From a virus (Duplodnaviria; Caudoviricetes): a stretch of DNA of 64,000 nt. A program made the position numbers and the translations under genes. The notes under the pieces are model-generated. The model was not told where the DNA came from and made no database searches. It saw nothing but the letters and a program-made list of their open reading frames with translations. Shown piece after piece: positions 25,894 to 37,292 of this stretch (position 1 is its first letter; every line of letters starts with the position of its first letter). Location of the stretch: IMG/VR virus record IMGVR_UViG_3300011577_000001, one strand, 5' to 3'.

Positions 25894-27150
25894 ATGACTA
25901 CAGTTACTCCTGAGGAAGGCGTCATGGCCAGTACTATCAAAGGGGTCTTCAACGATGAACTCGGAGACCTGGAGCTTGACCCTAAGCTCGCAAAACGTTT
26001 GTCACATTTCAAGCACGCCTTTATCAACAAGAACGAAGACCACATCAACTTCTTCGGTGGTAACCTTCTGGGCGTAGAGATTGTTCGTTATCTCCAGTCT
26101 GACCGCGACCAGTGGTTCAGCGAAGTGCTGGATATCGACGACGTCACCCTGACTGAGAAACTCTACAGTCTGGACGCGATCAACGAGGAGTTCAAACGAA
26201 CTTCCGACGTGGTGAACCTGACCAGTGTTTGGTTACTCCATGCGCTTTATAATTCGAAGCGACTCACTGCTTCGGAGAAAGAGAAGGCGATGATCGATGT
26301 GGCGTACATGCTACAGGTGAAATTCATCACCAGTATCTTTGCCCACTACTTCAAGTTCCCAGCGGACAAAGAGATCGCCCAAGCCGTTTATGAGTCCCTG
26401 AGTTACAAGTTCGCCTTGAAGCGAGCCGGTAGCTGGAACGCGTTATTCATCGAACGTTCCAAGGACATCATCGCGCACAACAGCATTCACTTCAAGACCA
26501 TCAAAGACTTCAACGACGATGAGGCGATCCTGTACATGATCACCGACATCCAAGGTCGTATCCGTGAAGTGGTCAAGAAGATGTACGCGGTGCTGATCCA
26601 GATGCGCGACGACAAGAACCGCATCACCAGCACCTCTAGCGTTGCTCTGACCACCGATGGCGAGATGATCCTCAAAGACCGCCAACGGAACTTCTCCACG
26701 TACAAGCGGTATATCCACGAGATCATCCCTGACCGTACCACGTTCATTCGTGATGAGGTCGTGTCTGTTATTACAGATGCCATGCACACTATGTCACCTA
26801 AGCTGTTCCTTGACGTGCTGGAACATTGTTCGGCCAACTATGGCAAAACAAACCACGCCGAGATCGGTGAACTGTGTGATGAAACCCTGCTTCACGCTTT
26901 CGACTGGTTATCGGCCAACAAGGCGTTGCTGCGTAACCAAGCTGACCTCGGTAAGCTGTTGACCCGTCTGCGTTCGCTCTACATGGCGTCCCGGATGGTT
27001 GATCCAACTCTGCTCAAGATGCGGGATCTGGCTGACAGTATTGTCGAGAAGTCCAGCACTTCCAAGAACAAGGCCATGCAGGCTGCTCTGCGTACAGGCC
27101 TGCAACTGTACATCGTGCTTCGGACTTTCACGATGAACTACTACTCCTGA
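25894..27150 (+). CDS. Conserved phiKZ-like virion protein (gp32-like by position); start may be 25924
   Basis: 418-aa ORF convergent with the terminase; HINFFGGNLLGV motif. Confidence 0.7.
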   Translation: MTTVTPEEGVMASTIKGVFNDELGDLELDPKLAKRLSHFKHAFINKNEDHINFFGGNLLGVEIVRYLQSDRDQWFSEVLDIDDVTLTEKLYSLDAINEEFKRTSDVVNLTSVWLLHALYNSKRLTASEKEKAMIDVAYMLQVKFITSIFAHYFKFPADKEIAQAVYESLSYKFALKRAGSWNALFIERSKDIIAHNSIHFKTIKDFNDDEAILYMITDIQGRIREVVKKMYAVLIQMRDDKNRITSTSSVALTTDGEMILKDRQRNFSTYKRYIHEIIPDRTTFIRDEVVSVITDAMHTMSPKLFLDVLEHCSANYGKTNHAEIGELCDETLLHAFDWLSANKALLRNQADLGKLLTRLRSLYMASRMVDPTLLKMRDLADSIVEKSSTSKNKAMQAALRTGLQLYIVLRTFTMNYYS

Positions 27151-27158
27151 GGCATTTC

Positions 27159-27521
27159 ATGAAACGACTCATCCCGCTCTTTAAAGTGTTGGGTACTCAG
27201 TTCAACACCGAACACACTGAAACCGTGTTGCGAGTTGAACGTGCTCCTTTCGAGGGAGACCTGCGTAAGCTGATCACCTCCACCGAGAAGATTATTCGGG
27301 TAACCACCCGCATTGAACGCTGGCAGTTCTTGTGGTGGAACGGGTATGAGGAAAAGTCGTGGGTGAACTACCACATCATCCACCGACTCAAGAAAGGCGT
27401 CAAGAATGGTAAGACTCTGATGGCGTTCGCTGATCGTCATGAGGGGACCATTGTGAACTACCATAAGCTCGATCAGTTGTATAGCAAATCGTTGGAGCAA
27501 GTCTTCGCCAAAGTTGGTTGA
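27159..27521 (+). CDS. Hypothetical protein
   Basis: RBS GAGG; followed by a bidirectional hairpin. Confidence 0.65.
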   Translation: MKRLIPLFKVLGTQFNTEHTETVLRVERAPFEGDLRKLITSTEKIIRVTTRIERWQFLWWNGYEEKSWVNYHIIHRLKKGVKNGKTLMAFADRHEGTIVNYHKLDQLYSKSLEQVFAKVG

Positions 27522-27559
27522 CAGCATAGAGGGAGGCCTGGTGGCCTCCCTCTATGCCG

Positions 27560-29770
27560 TTATGCAGCCCGAGGTGATCCCCATGGACTGGAAACTTGCG
27601 GAGCGTGACGCTTCTGACCCCAAGAGATCCCCTTGGAGAAGAAGTCGTTTTGTTGCACCCGCGCTTGACGGTTGGCTTTCACCAAACGCTCTTCCGAGGC
27701 ACGCTTGATCAGGGCGTTCATGTTGTTCACTTCCTCGGTGTCGTCTTTGATACGTCCGCTCAAGAACCGCAGACGTGCTTCCAGACGAGCAATGGTGAAC
27801 GTGTCTTGCGCTTCGCCGAGACGAGTGTAGAGTTCATCCAACTCTGCTCGGAATTCCTTCTGCGTTTGCCGTTCACGGATTTCCTGAGGCGTGAGCACAC
27901 GAGAGTTATCACTAACCGCCGACATGACCAAGTTCTCATCGATTCCGTACCAAGCCAAGTTGGTTCCCAATTGCAAGAACCAGTTAGCCAACAGCCACGC
28001 AATGACGGTGTCGTCGTGACCCGATGCTTCGTGGTCGATACGTCCTCGCTTGACCACCAACGCTCGAATTTCGTTGGAGAGCGCTTTGTCCCTGACGAGG
28101 TGACCACCTTTCTTCGCCGCGTTCTGCAAGACCGTCGAGTACAGGATGTTCCGAGATTCGGAGGTGGTGTTGAAACCGAAGTACTTCTTGGTGGAGTCCA
28201 TGAAAGCTTCGGAACGAGTGCCAGGTTTCTGAATCTCTTTGAACAGCTCTTGACGTTCGGACGATTCCTCCACGATGCGGTTGAAGATCCGACGGTACGG
28301 GTCGATCCCGTGTTTCGGCAGAGTCAACAGCAGGGAGTCCACGATCATCTGGCCAGTAGACTTCTTCTCTGGTACGACAGTCATGTTCGGGTACTTGACC
28401 ATCAGTTCTGCCAATGCGTTGGAGAAGCGGATCAAGTTGGTCTCGTTCACAGTGAACGCACCCACTACCGACATATCCTTGACAGACAGAATCACACCAG
28501 CGATGGCGTCTCGACCCACCGCTTCCGAGGTATCGAGCCCCAGGATGAAGTGGTCGGTGAGTTTCGCATGAGCCAACTCGCGTTCGTCCAAGTACCAACG
28601 AATGACGTACAGCTCTTTCGTGATCTCGGTGTGCTTGATCTCGATAACACTGTCGCGGATCTTTTCGTTGAGTGCTGGCGTAAGCGGGGAACTCTGCGTA
28701 CCCGATGTCCACACGTTGAAGAAGTCGCGGTCTGCCGCATCGCCAAAGGAACTGGCCTGAGACATTGCCTCGTACAGCCACTCGTCGGTGTAGCCCAATT
28801 GACGGTGGGAGAAGGTGGCATTGATGATGAGCTTACGTCCACCACAGTTGCGACGAACCATTTCCACCAACGCAGCACGGTCGACACAGTCGAAGAACAG
28901 CTCGGTCCAGGTAGCACCGCCGACGATCATGTCGTACATGAAGCGACCATCACGGTCGTCTTTCTTACCAGCCGTTGTAGTGAAGATGTTGCCGTACGGA
29001 CGGCCGAACTTCTTCGCTTCTTCACGAGCAGTGGTAGCAGCAGCCAGTGCAGCAGGCAGGGTAGTGCCGATGTGGCTGATGAACGGACCTTCGTCGATGT
29101 GTGCGATAGGTGCAGTGAGTCCACGACCCAGGTTGTTTGCTGCGGATTCAGAAGACTGAGCAACGCCAGTGGTGTAGAAGTTCTGGTGGTACTTACAAGT
29201 AACTTCGAACTGGTTGTCGGAGTCTTCACGAGTAAGCGGGACGAGGTAAGCTGGGAGCAGGTCACGCAGCTTCTTGATACGCTCCACGTTCTTCTTACGG
29301 AGGGTATCGTCCTTTGTAATCATGTTGATGATGGAGTTACCAGCACCAATGAACAGCAGCCACAGCATGATACAGTCAGTAGACACAGACTTACCGGTCT
29401 GACGTGGCTGGATCAGCGCGATATCAATGCTGTTCAAGAAAGCCCACGTGGTTGCAATGTTACCACGGTTGGCTTTGTAGGGAATTGGGTTTGGACCTGC
29501 GACAGGTGGAATGCGCACTACTTCACGCAGGAAGTACCACATGTTCCAGCGACACTCAAGACCGATAGCGATCTTGGTGGCTTCGGACAGAATGGCGGAA
29601 TGGGGGTCAACACCTTTGAGGTCTGGGTTGATCAGCGCTAACGGGAAGAATCGGTTCTTAACACCCATCTCCCCATAAAGGGACACCAGGCGTAGGAACG
29701 ATTCATTCGACGTCTCGAAATCTGGACGAGCGGTAGCGAACCGTGTCCAGTCGTTGTTAAATAGAATCAT
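27560..29770 (-). CDS. terL: Terminase large subunit
   Basis: Walker A PRQTGKS, GRG, Walker B HIDEG, TTT coupling motif, nuclease GLDTSE and HDD; start MILFNNDW. Confidence 0.93.
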   Translation of the reverse strand: MILFNNDWTRFATARPDFETSNESFLRLVSLYGEMGVKNRFFPLALINPDLKGVDPHSAILSEATKIAIGLECRWNMWYFLREVVRIPPVAGPNPIPYKANRGNIATTWAFLNSIDIALIQPRQTGKSVSTDCIMLWLLFIGAGNSIINMITKDDTLRKKNVERIKKLRDLLPAYLVPLTREDSDNQFEVTCKYHQNFYTTGVAQSSESAANNLGRGLTAPIAHIDEGPFISHIGTTLPAALAAATTAREEAKKFGRPYGNIFTTTAGKKDDRDGRFMYDMIVGGATWTELFFDCVDRAALVEMVRRNCGGRKLIINATFSHRQLGYTDEWLYEAMSQASSFGDAADRDFFNVWTSGTQSSPLTPALNEKIRDSVIEIKHTEITKELYVIRWYLDERELAHAKLTDHFILGLDTSEAVGRDAIAGVILSVKDMSVVGAFTVNETNLIRFSNALAELMVKYPNMTVVPEKKSTGQMIVDSLLLTLPKHGIDPYRRIFNRIVEESSERQELFKEIQKPGTRSEAFMDSTKKYFGFNTTSESRNILYSTVLQNAAKKGGHLVRDKALSNEIRALVVKRGRIDHEASGHDDTVIAWLLANWFLQLGTNLAWYGIDENLVMSAVSDNSRVLTPQEIRERQTQKEFRAELDELYTRLGEAQDTFTIARLEARLRFLSGRIKDDTEEVNNMNALIKRASEERLVKANRQARVQQNDFFSKGISWGQKRHAPQVSSPWGSPRAA

Positions 29771-29846
29771 AGTGAAAGGTTCCGGTATTTGGGTCGAATA
29801 CTCATAGACTAGGGGCATAAAGCCCGGGAAATCCCGGGCCTCATGT

Positions 29847-31529
29847 TTAGAGCGCTTCGACTTGCAACGTTACCATACCGCCCATGCCCAGTTGGAGGTC
29901 GCCCTCTTGCTGGCGCTTGATGAAGCGGATGAACAGCGATTCGCCGTTCTTCGGTACCGCCGGAACCTGGATCTCCGTGTTCCAACGATCGATGGGGTAA
30001 GCGTATTCCTTATCCCCGATCATCAGGACGAAGTAGTTCGGTTCTGGTGCTTCGACTTCAGACTGCGTATTGATCAGAGGTTGCGCGTTGTAGAACACGT
30101 CCTTGATCCACAGCTCTTTGAGTACGTAGCCAGAATCGATCTTCAGCTTCCAGTTGTTGACGTTGATGAACTTCGCACGTGCACGCAGACCCTTACCGTA
30201 CAGCTCAGGTTGCCCTGGGTAGTACTCAATGTTCCAGCCGTTGGATTCGGTATTACCCGGAGCCAACAGTGCAACACCGATGGACTGCGCATGACGCCAG
30301 TTGCTGTACGAGCTGTCGACGTCTTGCATGTTGATACCAACCGAAATGCGCTGGATCGGACCATAGGAGATCGGATCGAACGGATTCGAGTTGATGTTGA
30401 AGGTCACCTTGTCGGTTACGTCGTAGAACTCGGAACGGTTCAGGTTGAACAGGAACCAACGCAGACGATAGCCACTGGTGGCATCGACCCATTCCGGGAA
30501 GCAGAACAGCTTGACCGAGAACGCACCGTCCATCCGCGTAGTGGTTGCCCAATACGGTTGCGACATGAACTTCTGCACGTTCGCCGAAGCGCCGTACACG
30601 TATTCATCAGCAGACAGCTTGTACGTGAGCACCAGGTCGATCTTCTGGCCCACGATGGTGCCAATGAAGTTCTGCAACCCGTACAGGTTGAACTTGGTGC
30701 CGTCCAGCGGGAAGAACTTCCGCGAACCGTCGGAGTAGGTCACCACACCCCGCGCGTTGATCGCATCCACCGGCATGTTGATAGCGAAACTCAACAGGCT
30801 GTCGTCGCCTTCGGTGAGGAATGGCGATTCCAAGTGGATACTGGTGACGAACTTCTTCGAAGCATCCGTGGTGCGGATGAACGCAGTGTTCATGATCAAC
30901 AGCTTGGTGATGGAAGTCACGTTACCCACGTCGTCGTACAGTACCGCAGTCACGACTTCGTTGTCCGGCAGTTGTTGCAGCGTGTAGCCAACCATCGGCG
31001 CTTTGACCGCGTAGTTGAGCGCCGTGTCTACACCAACGTCAGACTTGGGAACTTGAACCAGCTCCAGAGGGATGTTCTCACCGAGCAGCGTACCGCCCTG
31101 ATCGTACATCGCCGAGATCACCTTCGACTCGTCACCGATGTCAGTGCCCCAGAACACTTTGAGACTGGTCACGGTGGTGCCGTATACCCGCAGGCGCGAG
31201 TCCAGTGCCAAGATGTGTGGAGTGACAGAAGTGTCGAGGTAAGCACGGTAGGATTCGTTCTGATGTTCGTACCCAACACCCAACAGGATGTCGAGATCGG
31301 AGACGTCTTCCCCTTCCTTCGGTGCTTCGTATTTCTTGAGTTGACTCAAGCCGGTGAGCAGGTTTACAGCAACCACCTGCCACAGACCCGTCACCCAGTC
31401 CCAAACCTCGTCATCGACGTTCGGAACGTAACGACCCGTACCGGTCGGACCGGTATAGATCTCACTCTTACGCCACCGACGGTGACCCCGGTTGGGATCA
31501 GAGATCGGGACGATAAACGTATCGCTCAT
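29847..31529 (-). CDS. Virion structural/baseplate protein (phiKZ gp26-like)
   Basis: 560-aa beta-rich ORF; synteny terminase-gp26-gp27-gp28 / sheath-tube. Confidence 0.72.
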   Translation of the reverse strand: MSDTFIVPISDPNRGHRRWRKSEIYTGPTGTGRYVPNVDDEVWDWVTGLWQVVAVNLLTGLSQLKKYEAPKEGEDVSDLDILLGVGYEHQNESYRAYLDTSVTPHILALDSRLRVYGTTVTSLKVFWGTDIGDESKVISAMYDQGGTLLGENIPLELVQVPKSDVGVDTALNYAVKAPMVGYTLQQLPDNEVVTAVLYDDVGNVTSITKLLIMNTAFIRTTDASKKFVTSIHLESPFLTEGDDSLLSFAINMPVDAINARGVVTYSDGSRKFFPLDGTKFNLYGLQNFIGTIVGQKIDLVLTYKLSADEYVYGASANVQKFMSQPYWATTTRMDGAFSVKLFCFPEWVDATSGYRLRWFLFNLNRSEFYDVTDKVTFNINSNPFDPISYGPIQRISVGINMQDVDSSYSNWRHAQSIGVALLAPGNTESNGWNIEYYPGQPELYGKGLRARAKFINVNNWKLKIDSGYVLKELWIKDVFYNAQPLINTQSEVEAPEPNYFVLMIGDKEYAYPIDRWNTEIQVPAVPKNGESLFIRFIKRQQEGDLQLGMGGMVTLQVEAL

Positions 31530-31532
31530 GGC

Positions 31533-34103
31533 TTATACCCATCCGTCTTTGATGGACACGAAGTGACTCAAGTCGACTTTGTTATCCAGGTAAAGGGCAA
31601 TCGCCCGTTTCAGGAAGTTGTACTGGTAGATGTTCAACTCCGTTTCGTACGACAGGTGGTGTGGGTGGATACTGACATACCGAGTGTCCACACCTTGCGT
31701 GCACGGATCAAACTCCAACAGATACTCGTAGTCCTTCAACCAGCGCTTGATCTCCACGTCCCCGTAGTAGGCTTCCATCTGGTCGTCCCAGATCAAACCC
31801 GTTCGGAGGTCGAACAACACCTTACACGCAAACGGGCTGAATACCTCGTAGCGCTCTTCGATGATGTTCGGTACGTTGATCACAGGCTCTGGTAACTTGA
31901 GCGTCAGATAGTCCGAGATCGCCGTGTCGATCGCACGAGACTTGGCTCGCAGCGAATACGTGTTCTCATCCACCAAGTCGCGCAAAGGAACCACGACATC
32001 GTCAATGACGTAAGGGCTACCGTTCTTCACTTCGCTGGTGATAAACACCCCGCTGTGTTCTTCGGCAAAGGCCAACACGTCACGCGTTTTGGTCTGTCCC
32101 CGTACGATCATCCGCATGACCTTGTCGTCACGAATGTCGAACCGCTTATTACGACTGAGCAGTCCGTTCCACACGAAGCCAAACTCAGCAGGAGGCTCGA
32201 GCGTCAGGTCATCCAGCGGGAACCCGGTAGCACGCCCAGTGATTTGCTGGGTTCCGTTCTCGATCATGAACTCACGGTTCGTAATCGTTACGTACGGCCA
32301 GTTCATGAAGTAGTCCAACCCTTCAATGATGGGGTGTCCATTCAAGAACAGTTCCAGCTTGCCCATCGGCAAGTTCATTTCCTGCTCGTACCAATTCCCA
32401 TCCGTGCGCTTCTCGGTCGCTTTGATCGGGAAGTAGTACAGGCCATCCGGTGCCGTGATCTCGATATTGAAAGCGAGGAACTTACGGTCGTCACGAACTG
32501 CCGTGTACCAACGTACGCGGTCCAGTACCCACGTTACTTTACCATCAGCCAACACGTAGTCGACATCAGGTGTTGCGGTTACCCATTCGAAAGAAGGAGT
32601 ACCGGCGACCATGGAGCACTTGTAGAACCGATAGTTACAAGACGGGTTCAGGGTGCTGGTCTTCTGGTGGTAAATGGTGTCCAACGAGTTAGACCCAATC
32701 CCAACCAAAGCTTCAACCAACTTACAACCTTCATTGCGAGGGTTATAGTACTCCCCTGAGGTGTGCGGGTAGTAGCCCAACAACTTACCGTTCACATCGT
32801 GCTCGAACACGGTGGCTTCGTATTGGAGCCCATAGGGCAACTTCACGAAACGGTCACGCGGATAGATGGTCACCTTTTGGGGGGTGTCCGCTACCAGCTT
32901 GGAGATCGCGTTGTACCCGTAGGCTTGCTGAACCATCTCGCGATTGATCTCAGGGCCTAAGGAACGCATGATCTGCGTGTACATCGAGGCTTCGAGTTCT
33001 TCTGCACGCCAGACCTTTACAGTCGACTCCAAACCGAGCATCGCTTTCGGGATGTCAGCAGGCTTCAACTTGTACAGCTCTTTAATGCGGGAGTTCTCAT
33101 CTACCAGTGGTCGTTTCCAACCTGCCTCACGAATGCACAGCCGTACGGTGATTTCAGCCAAGTCGTGCCACCCTTCGGTTGCAGCAACAAAGCCTGCCAC
33201 GTAAGGCACTACAATCGAGTAGTCCTTGTGCGTGACCATCCGCATCGAGTCGTCTTGGTTCTTGTGATGGTAGATGCCCCGGTAACGACCATTGGACTCT
33301 TTCTTGATCAGATAGATGTCAATGTCGTCACGGTAATCGATGGTGTCCTTCTGATCAGCCAGGTAGTGGAGCAAGTACTTACGCTTGTTATCCAGTTTGC
33401 TGACAAACGTCGGAAGGTTCTTGAGGGGCAAGTCCACAACCCGACGGATAGTCGAATCGTAAACGTACTCCAGGATGTCCCCTACCTTGATGCGATCAGG
33501 TTGGAAGTCATCCACCAAGTAGCCGTTGTGATAGGCGTACGTGTGACCGATCTTAGCGCGCCACGCTTGGTACTCGCGCTGGTAGGTCAGGAGCAGGGCC
33601 CGGTCACCGGTGTAGGCGTAGCCTTTAACCTTGATCTGGTTCGCATCGGGATACGAACGGGTCGAGGCGAAGAAGGCGTTGGAATACACGCGGAAGAAAA
33701 CTGGGTTGTGATACAGGTCACCAAAGATCTCGCTACGTTTGATGGCGATGACGATGTTGCGATCCCCCATCACTTGCAGGTACGCCATATGGCGAGGGAT
33801 TTGTACACCGTCAATGTTGTACAGATCCACCAACATCTTCGCCTGCTCACACACAGTCGAGAACGGGGTCCAAGTCTTCCAGGAGTTGATTAACCCCAAA
33901 AGCTTCGGATGGATCTGGCCAATCCAGTACACGTGGAACAAGTCGGTGCGGTTCGGCAGAGGGATGGTCTGCCATTCCACATCAACATAGCGAGCTTCAC
34001 CAAATTTGTCCGTGATGTGGGCCATTTGGTAAATGTATTGGTAATCCTGATCGGGAGTACACCAGACATTGTCTAAGGCGTGCTCAATCAGGAAGTCAGC
34101 CAT
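31533..34103 (-). CDS. Virion structural/baseplate protein (phiKZ gp27-like)
   Basis: 856 aa; N-terminal HALDNVWCTPDQD; synteny. Confidence 0.75.
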   Translation of the reverse strand: MADFLIEHALDNVWCTPDQDYQYIYQMAHITDKFGEARYVDVEWQTIPLPNRTDLFHVYWIGQIHPKLLGLINSWKTWTPFSTVCEQAKMLVDLYNIDGVQIPRHMAYLQVMGDRNIVIAIKRSEIFGDLYHNPVFFRVYSNAFFASTRSYPDANQIKVKGYAYTGDRALLLTYQREYQAWRAKIGHTYAYHNGYLVDDFQPDRIKVGDILEYVYDSTIRRVVDLPLKNLPTFVSKLDNKRKYLLHYLADQKDTIDYRDDIDIYLIKKESNGRYRGIYHHKNQDDSMRMVTHKDYSIVVPYVAGFVAATEGWHDLAEITVRLCIREAGWKRPLVDENSRIKELYKLKPADIPKAMLGLESTVKVWRAEELEASMYTQIMRSLGPEINREMVQQAYGYNAISKLVADTPQKVTIYPRDRFVKLPYGLQYEATVFEHDVNGKLLGYYPHTSGEYYNPRNEGCKLVEALVGIGSNSLDTIYHQKTSTLNPSCNYRFYKCSMVAGTPSFEWVTATPDVDYVLADGKVTWVLDRVRWYTAVRDDRKFLAFNIEITAPDGLYYFPIKATEKRTDGNWYEQEMNLPMGKLELFLNGHPIIEGLDYFMNWPYVTITNREFMIENGTQQITGRATGFPLDDLTLEPPAEFGFVWNGLLSRNKRFDIRDDKVMRMIVRGQTKTRDVLAFAEEHSGVFITSEVKNGSPYVIDDVVVPLRDLVDENTYSLRAKSRAIDTAISDYLTLKLPEPVINVPNIIEERYEVFSPFACKVLFDLRTGLIWDDQMEAYYGDVEIKRWLKDYEYLLEFDPCTQGVDTRYVSIHPHHLSYETELNIYQYNFLKRAIALYLDNKVDLSHFVSIKDGWV

Positions 34104-35025
34104 TGAGAACCTCGATCAGACGTGACATGTTGAGGATGAACGACTTACCGGCACCGGAGCGGTCACAGGCTTGTACGATCTTGGCGATACCGGAGTTACG
34201 GTAGCTACGATCGAGCAGAGACATGTAGACCATGGCGAGGAAGGTAGGTACGTGTTCCAGAGCAACGGCGACGCACTCTTTGGCGTTCAGGCCAAACCAG
34301 CCACCACCGACCAGTGCGTAGATCAGCGGAACGTTCAGGCTTTCAGCACGCTTGTTGTCCAGCACTTCACGCAGTACGTCGATGTAGTCCTGGATGGATT
34401 CCATGTGACGCAGAGCACCGGCCTTGTCGAAGATCACTTCGGCAGGGATGCGGGTAGCACGAGCAACCTTGAGCGACAGGCGCTGCAATTCACGCTCATC
34501 GAACGGACCGGACTCACCACCCACCGGACCTTCTTGGAAGTGGCAGGCGTAGAACACTGCGCTGACCATGGTAATCAGCATTTGTTCTTGTGGCGAGAAG
34601 TGCAGTTGGCGAGTGATGCGCTCAGCCAGGAAACGGGAGAACACTGCCATCGGCAGATCGCCCAGGCCAGCCATGTCTGCCACACCGTTCTTGAGGGCAT
34701 AACTGGTCAGTGCTGCACGTACGCTGTTGAAGGCGTATTCGGCGTAGTTGGCCGGTACCAGAGGACCACCATCGCCACCGCGAGCGTAGGAACGGCTGTC
34801 GATGATGACGAGCTGTCCATCGTAACGGTCTTTGAACGGATAGGGGTGAGCAAACGGAGGAATCTCCTTGTTACCCGGAACGATCCCCCAGACCGAATTG
34901 ATGGTCTTGCCGTTGATCTGAATAGGTGCCAGGCCACCTTCAATCTCGGCCAGTTTCAGGCCCTTTTCAACTGCGCCCATCTGGTATCCGGCGCAGGGTT
35001 TGCATTCGTACGGAGAAAGCTTCAT
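34096..35025 (-). CDS. Virion structural protein (phiKZ gp28-like)
   Basis: Start MKLSPYE after RBS AAGGGG; ALEHVPTF motif; divergent from the sheath gene. Confidence 0.7.
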   Translation of the reverse strand: MKLSPYECKPCAGYQMGAVEKGLKLAEIEGGLAPIQINGKTINSVWGIVPGNKEIPPFAHPYPFKDRYDGQLVIIDSRSYARGGDGGPLVPANYAEYAFNSVRAALTSYALKNGVADMAGLGDLPMAVFSRFLAERITRQLHFSPQEQMLITMVSAVFYACHFQEGPVGGESGPFDERELQRLSLKVARATRIPAEVIFDKAGALRHMESIQDYIDVLREVLDNKRAESLNVPLIYALVGGGWFGLNAKECVAVALEHVPTFLAMVYMSLLDRSYRNSGIAKIVQACDRSGAGKSFILNMSRLIEVLNG

Positions 35026-35231
35026 TCGGTCAAGTCCCCTTGAAGGATATTTGTAAAAGTTTACAAAACCGACATATGTACTTTCCGACATGGATAGTAT
35101 GATGTATTACATCGGTTAAGGCAACTATACCATTCAAGTCAAAACGCCCCAGAAAGGACCATGGCCTCGAGGGAAACGAATCTTGCGTGGTTTACAGCGG
35201 TACTTTAGATAGATCTATCACAGGAGCTGTT

Positions 35232-37292
35232 ATGATCACCATCAGAAACGCTGCTCCTCGCTCAATCCTGTTGGGTATCAAAGATGAGAGTGGTCGGGCC
35301 CCGGTTGTAGAGCCGGAACAGATTCCCTCTCACCTGGCACACGTGTTCACGTTCGCTGAGCGTGGCTCTCTGCTTCCCCAATTGGTTGTCGGGGACAGCC
35401 TTCTCACCGCCTACGGTGCGAAGACTTTCGACTACCGGTCCAAGTTCGCCACTCACCAGACTCCGCTGATCAACACCATCAATGGTGAAGCGAACAGCAT
35501 GATGGTGCAGCGCTTGGTTCCTGACGACGCCACCACTGCGACCCTGGTCCTGTGGCTGGATTGCGTTGCCGACGAAATCCTGGACTACGAGCGTAACGCC
35601 GACCTGAGCTACAAGCTCGACGCGAACAGCGCCCGCATTCCGAAAGCCGACAAGATCGCGGGCAACCGCGTACGTTGGAAGGCCGAAGTTCTGCCTGCCG
35701 ACACCGACCTGGCCGAACTGACCAGCAAAGTCGGTGAAATCGTTGCAGACAAGGACGGCGCCCAGTCGACCATGTACCCGATCCATGCGTTCTCGATCTC
35801 GTCTCCGGGCGGTTTCGGTAACCTGGTGGGTCTGCGTCTGTCGGCCCCGACCATGCTGTCGTCCAACCCGATCGACAACACCACTGCTGAAGAGGCGAAA
35901 GCCTACCTGTACCGGATCGCCTTCGTTGAGCGTCCTGACCAGTTCAGCACCCCGGCGATCATCGAGACTCGCCAAGGCGAACAGTTCATCGACTTCGCCT
36001 ACAAGGAAGGAGTGATCAACACCCGTACCGACAGCCTGGTGTCTGCAAACGACACTCTGCTGCAAGCGTGGAACGCTCCGGCGATCAACGGCATCCCGGC
36101 TACCGTCGGTGTGGTTGACCAGATGCACGTGTACCAGGACAACATCGAAACCCTGCTGGCTGTATTCCAGGGCACCGAAGCTGAACTGGGCCTGATCTCC
36201 GAAGACGAGGAGGACCTGCACCTCTTCAACTTCGTCGGTGGCACCACCCTGGAAGGCATCCCGTACTACACCTACGTAGTCGAGGGTCCGACCTCTGGTG
36301 GTCTGCTGATGGCTGACTCCGCGACCCACTACTTCGCTGGTGGTTCTGACGGTACCATGACCAACGAAGTCTTCGACAAGTTGGTTGCTGCTCAAGTCTC
36401 CAACTACGGTAACGTAGCTGGCTTCGACTTCCTGGACACTGCGATCTACCCGCAGAGCTGCATCTATGACTCCGGTTTCACCCTGGAGACCAAGAAGAAG
36501 CTGCTGACCGTCCTGGGTCGTCGTAAAGACATGTGGGTTGTGCTCTCCACTCAGGATGCTTCTGCTCGTCAGAACACCACGTCGGAAGAGTCCAGCATCG
36601 CGATCTCCCTGCGGACCGCGGCGCGCATGTACCCTGAGTCGGAAGTTTACGGTACGCCGGTTTGCCGCGCGATCGTGATCGGTCACTCGGGTTACCTGAT
36701 CAACTCCAAGTGGACCAAGCTCACCCCGCTGACCATCGAGTTCGCGGCCAAGTGCGCTCGCTACATGGGTGCTGGTAACGGTATCTGGAAGTCGGCTCAG
36801 TCCTTCTCCATTTCCCCGGCCAACCAAGTCACCATGTTCCGCAACGTGAACGCTTCCTTCAAGAAGGCAGACGTACGTTCGCAGGACTGGGAAAACGGCC
36901 TGGTATGGGTACAGAACTACGACCGTCGTAGCCTGTTCTTCCCAGCGTTCCAAACCGTCTACGATGACGATTCCTCGATCCTGAACAGCTTCTTCAACAT
37001 GGCCATCGCCGTGGAACTGGAAAAGATCGCAGACCGTGCTTGGCGCGATCTGACCGGCATCGACGGTCTGACCCCTGGTCAATTCATCCAACGCAGTAAC
37101 CGTCTGATCCAAGACGCTGTGAAGGGTCGTTTCGATGGTCGCGTTACCATCGAGGTTGACACCATCCTGACTGCTGCGGACACCCAGCGCGGCTATAGCT
37201 GGACCTGCAAGATCACCATGTATGGTAACAACATGATGACCGTGGGTACCTTCACTATCGTCGCCCGTCGTCAAGAGGATCTCGCACAATGA
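35232..37292 (+). CDS. Contractile tail sheath protein (phiKZ gp29-like)
   Basis: NAAP...GIKDES, IYDSGF, FFPAFQTVYDDDSSIL, GYSW; start after RBS CAGGAG. Confidence 0.88.
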   Translation: MITIRNAAPRSILLGIKDESGRAPVVEPEQIPSHLAHVFTFAERGSLLPQLVVGDSLLTAYGAKTFDYRSKFATHQTPLINTINGEANSMMVQRLVPDDATTATLVLWLDCVADEILDYERNADLSYKLDANSARIPKADKIAGNRVRWKAEVLPADTDLAELTSKVGEIVADKDGAQSTMYPIHAFSISSPGGFGNLVGLRLSAPTMLSSNPIDNTTAEEAKAYLYRIAFVERPDQFSTPAIIETRQGEQFIDFAYKEGVINTRTDSLVSANDTLLQAWNAPAINGIPATVGVVDQMHVYQDNIETLLAVFQGTEAELGLISEDEEDLHLFNFVGGTTLEGIPYYTYVVEGPTSGGLLMADSATHYFAGGSDGTMTNEVFDKLVAAQVSNYGNVAGFDFLDTAIYPQSCIYDSGFTLETKKKLLTVLGRRKDMWVVLSTQDASARQNTTSEESSIAISLRTAARMYPESEVYGTPVCRAIVIGHSGYLINSKWTKLTPLTIEFAAKCARYMGAGNGIWKSAQSFSISPANQVTMFRNVNASFKKADVRSQDWENGLVWVQNYDRRSLFFPAFQTVYDDDSSILNSFFNMAIAVELEKIADRAWRDLTGIDGLTPGQFIQRSNRLIQDAVKGRFDGRVTIEVDTILTAADTQRGYSWTCKITMYGNNMMTVGTFTIVARRQEDLAQ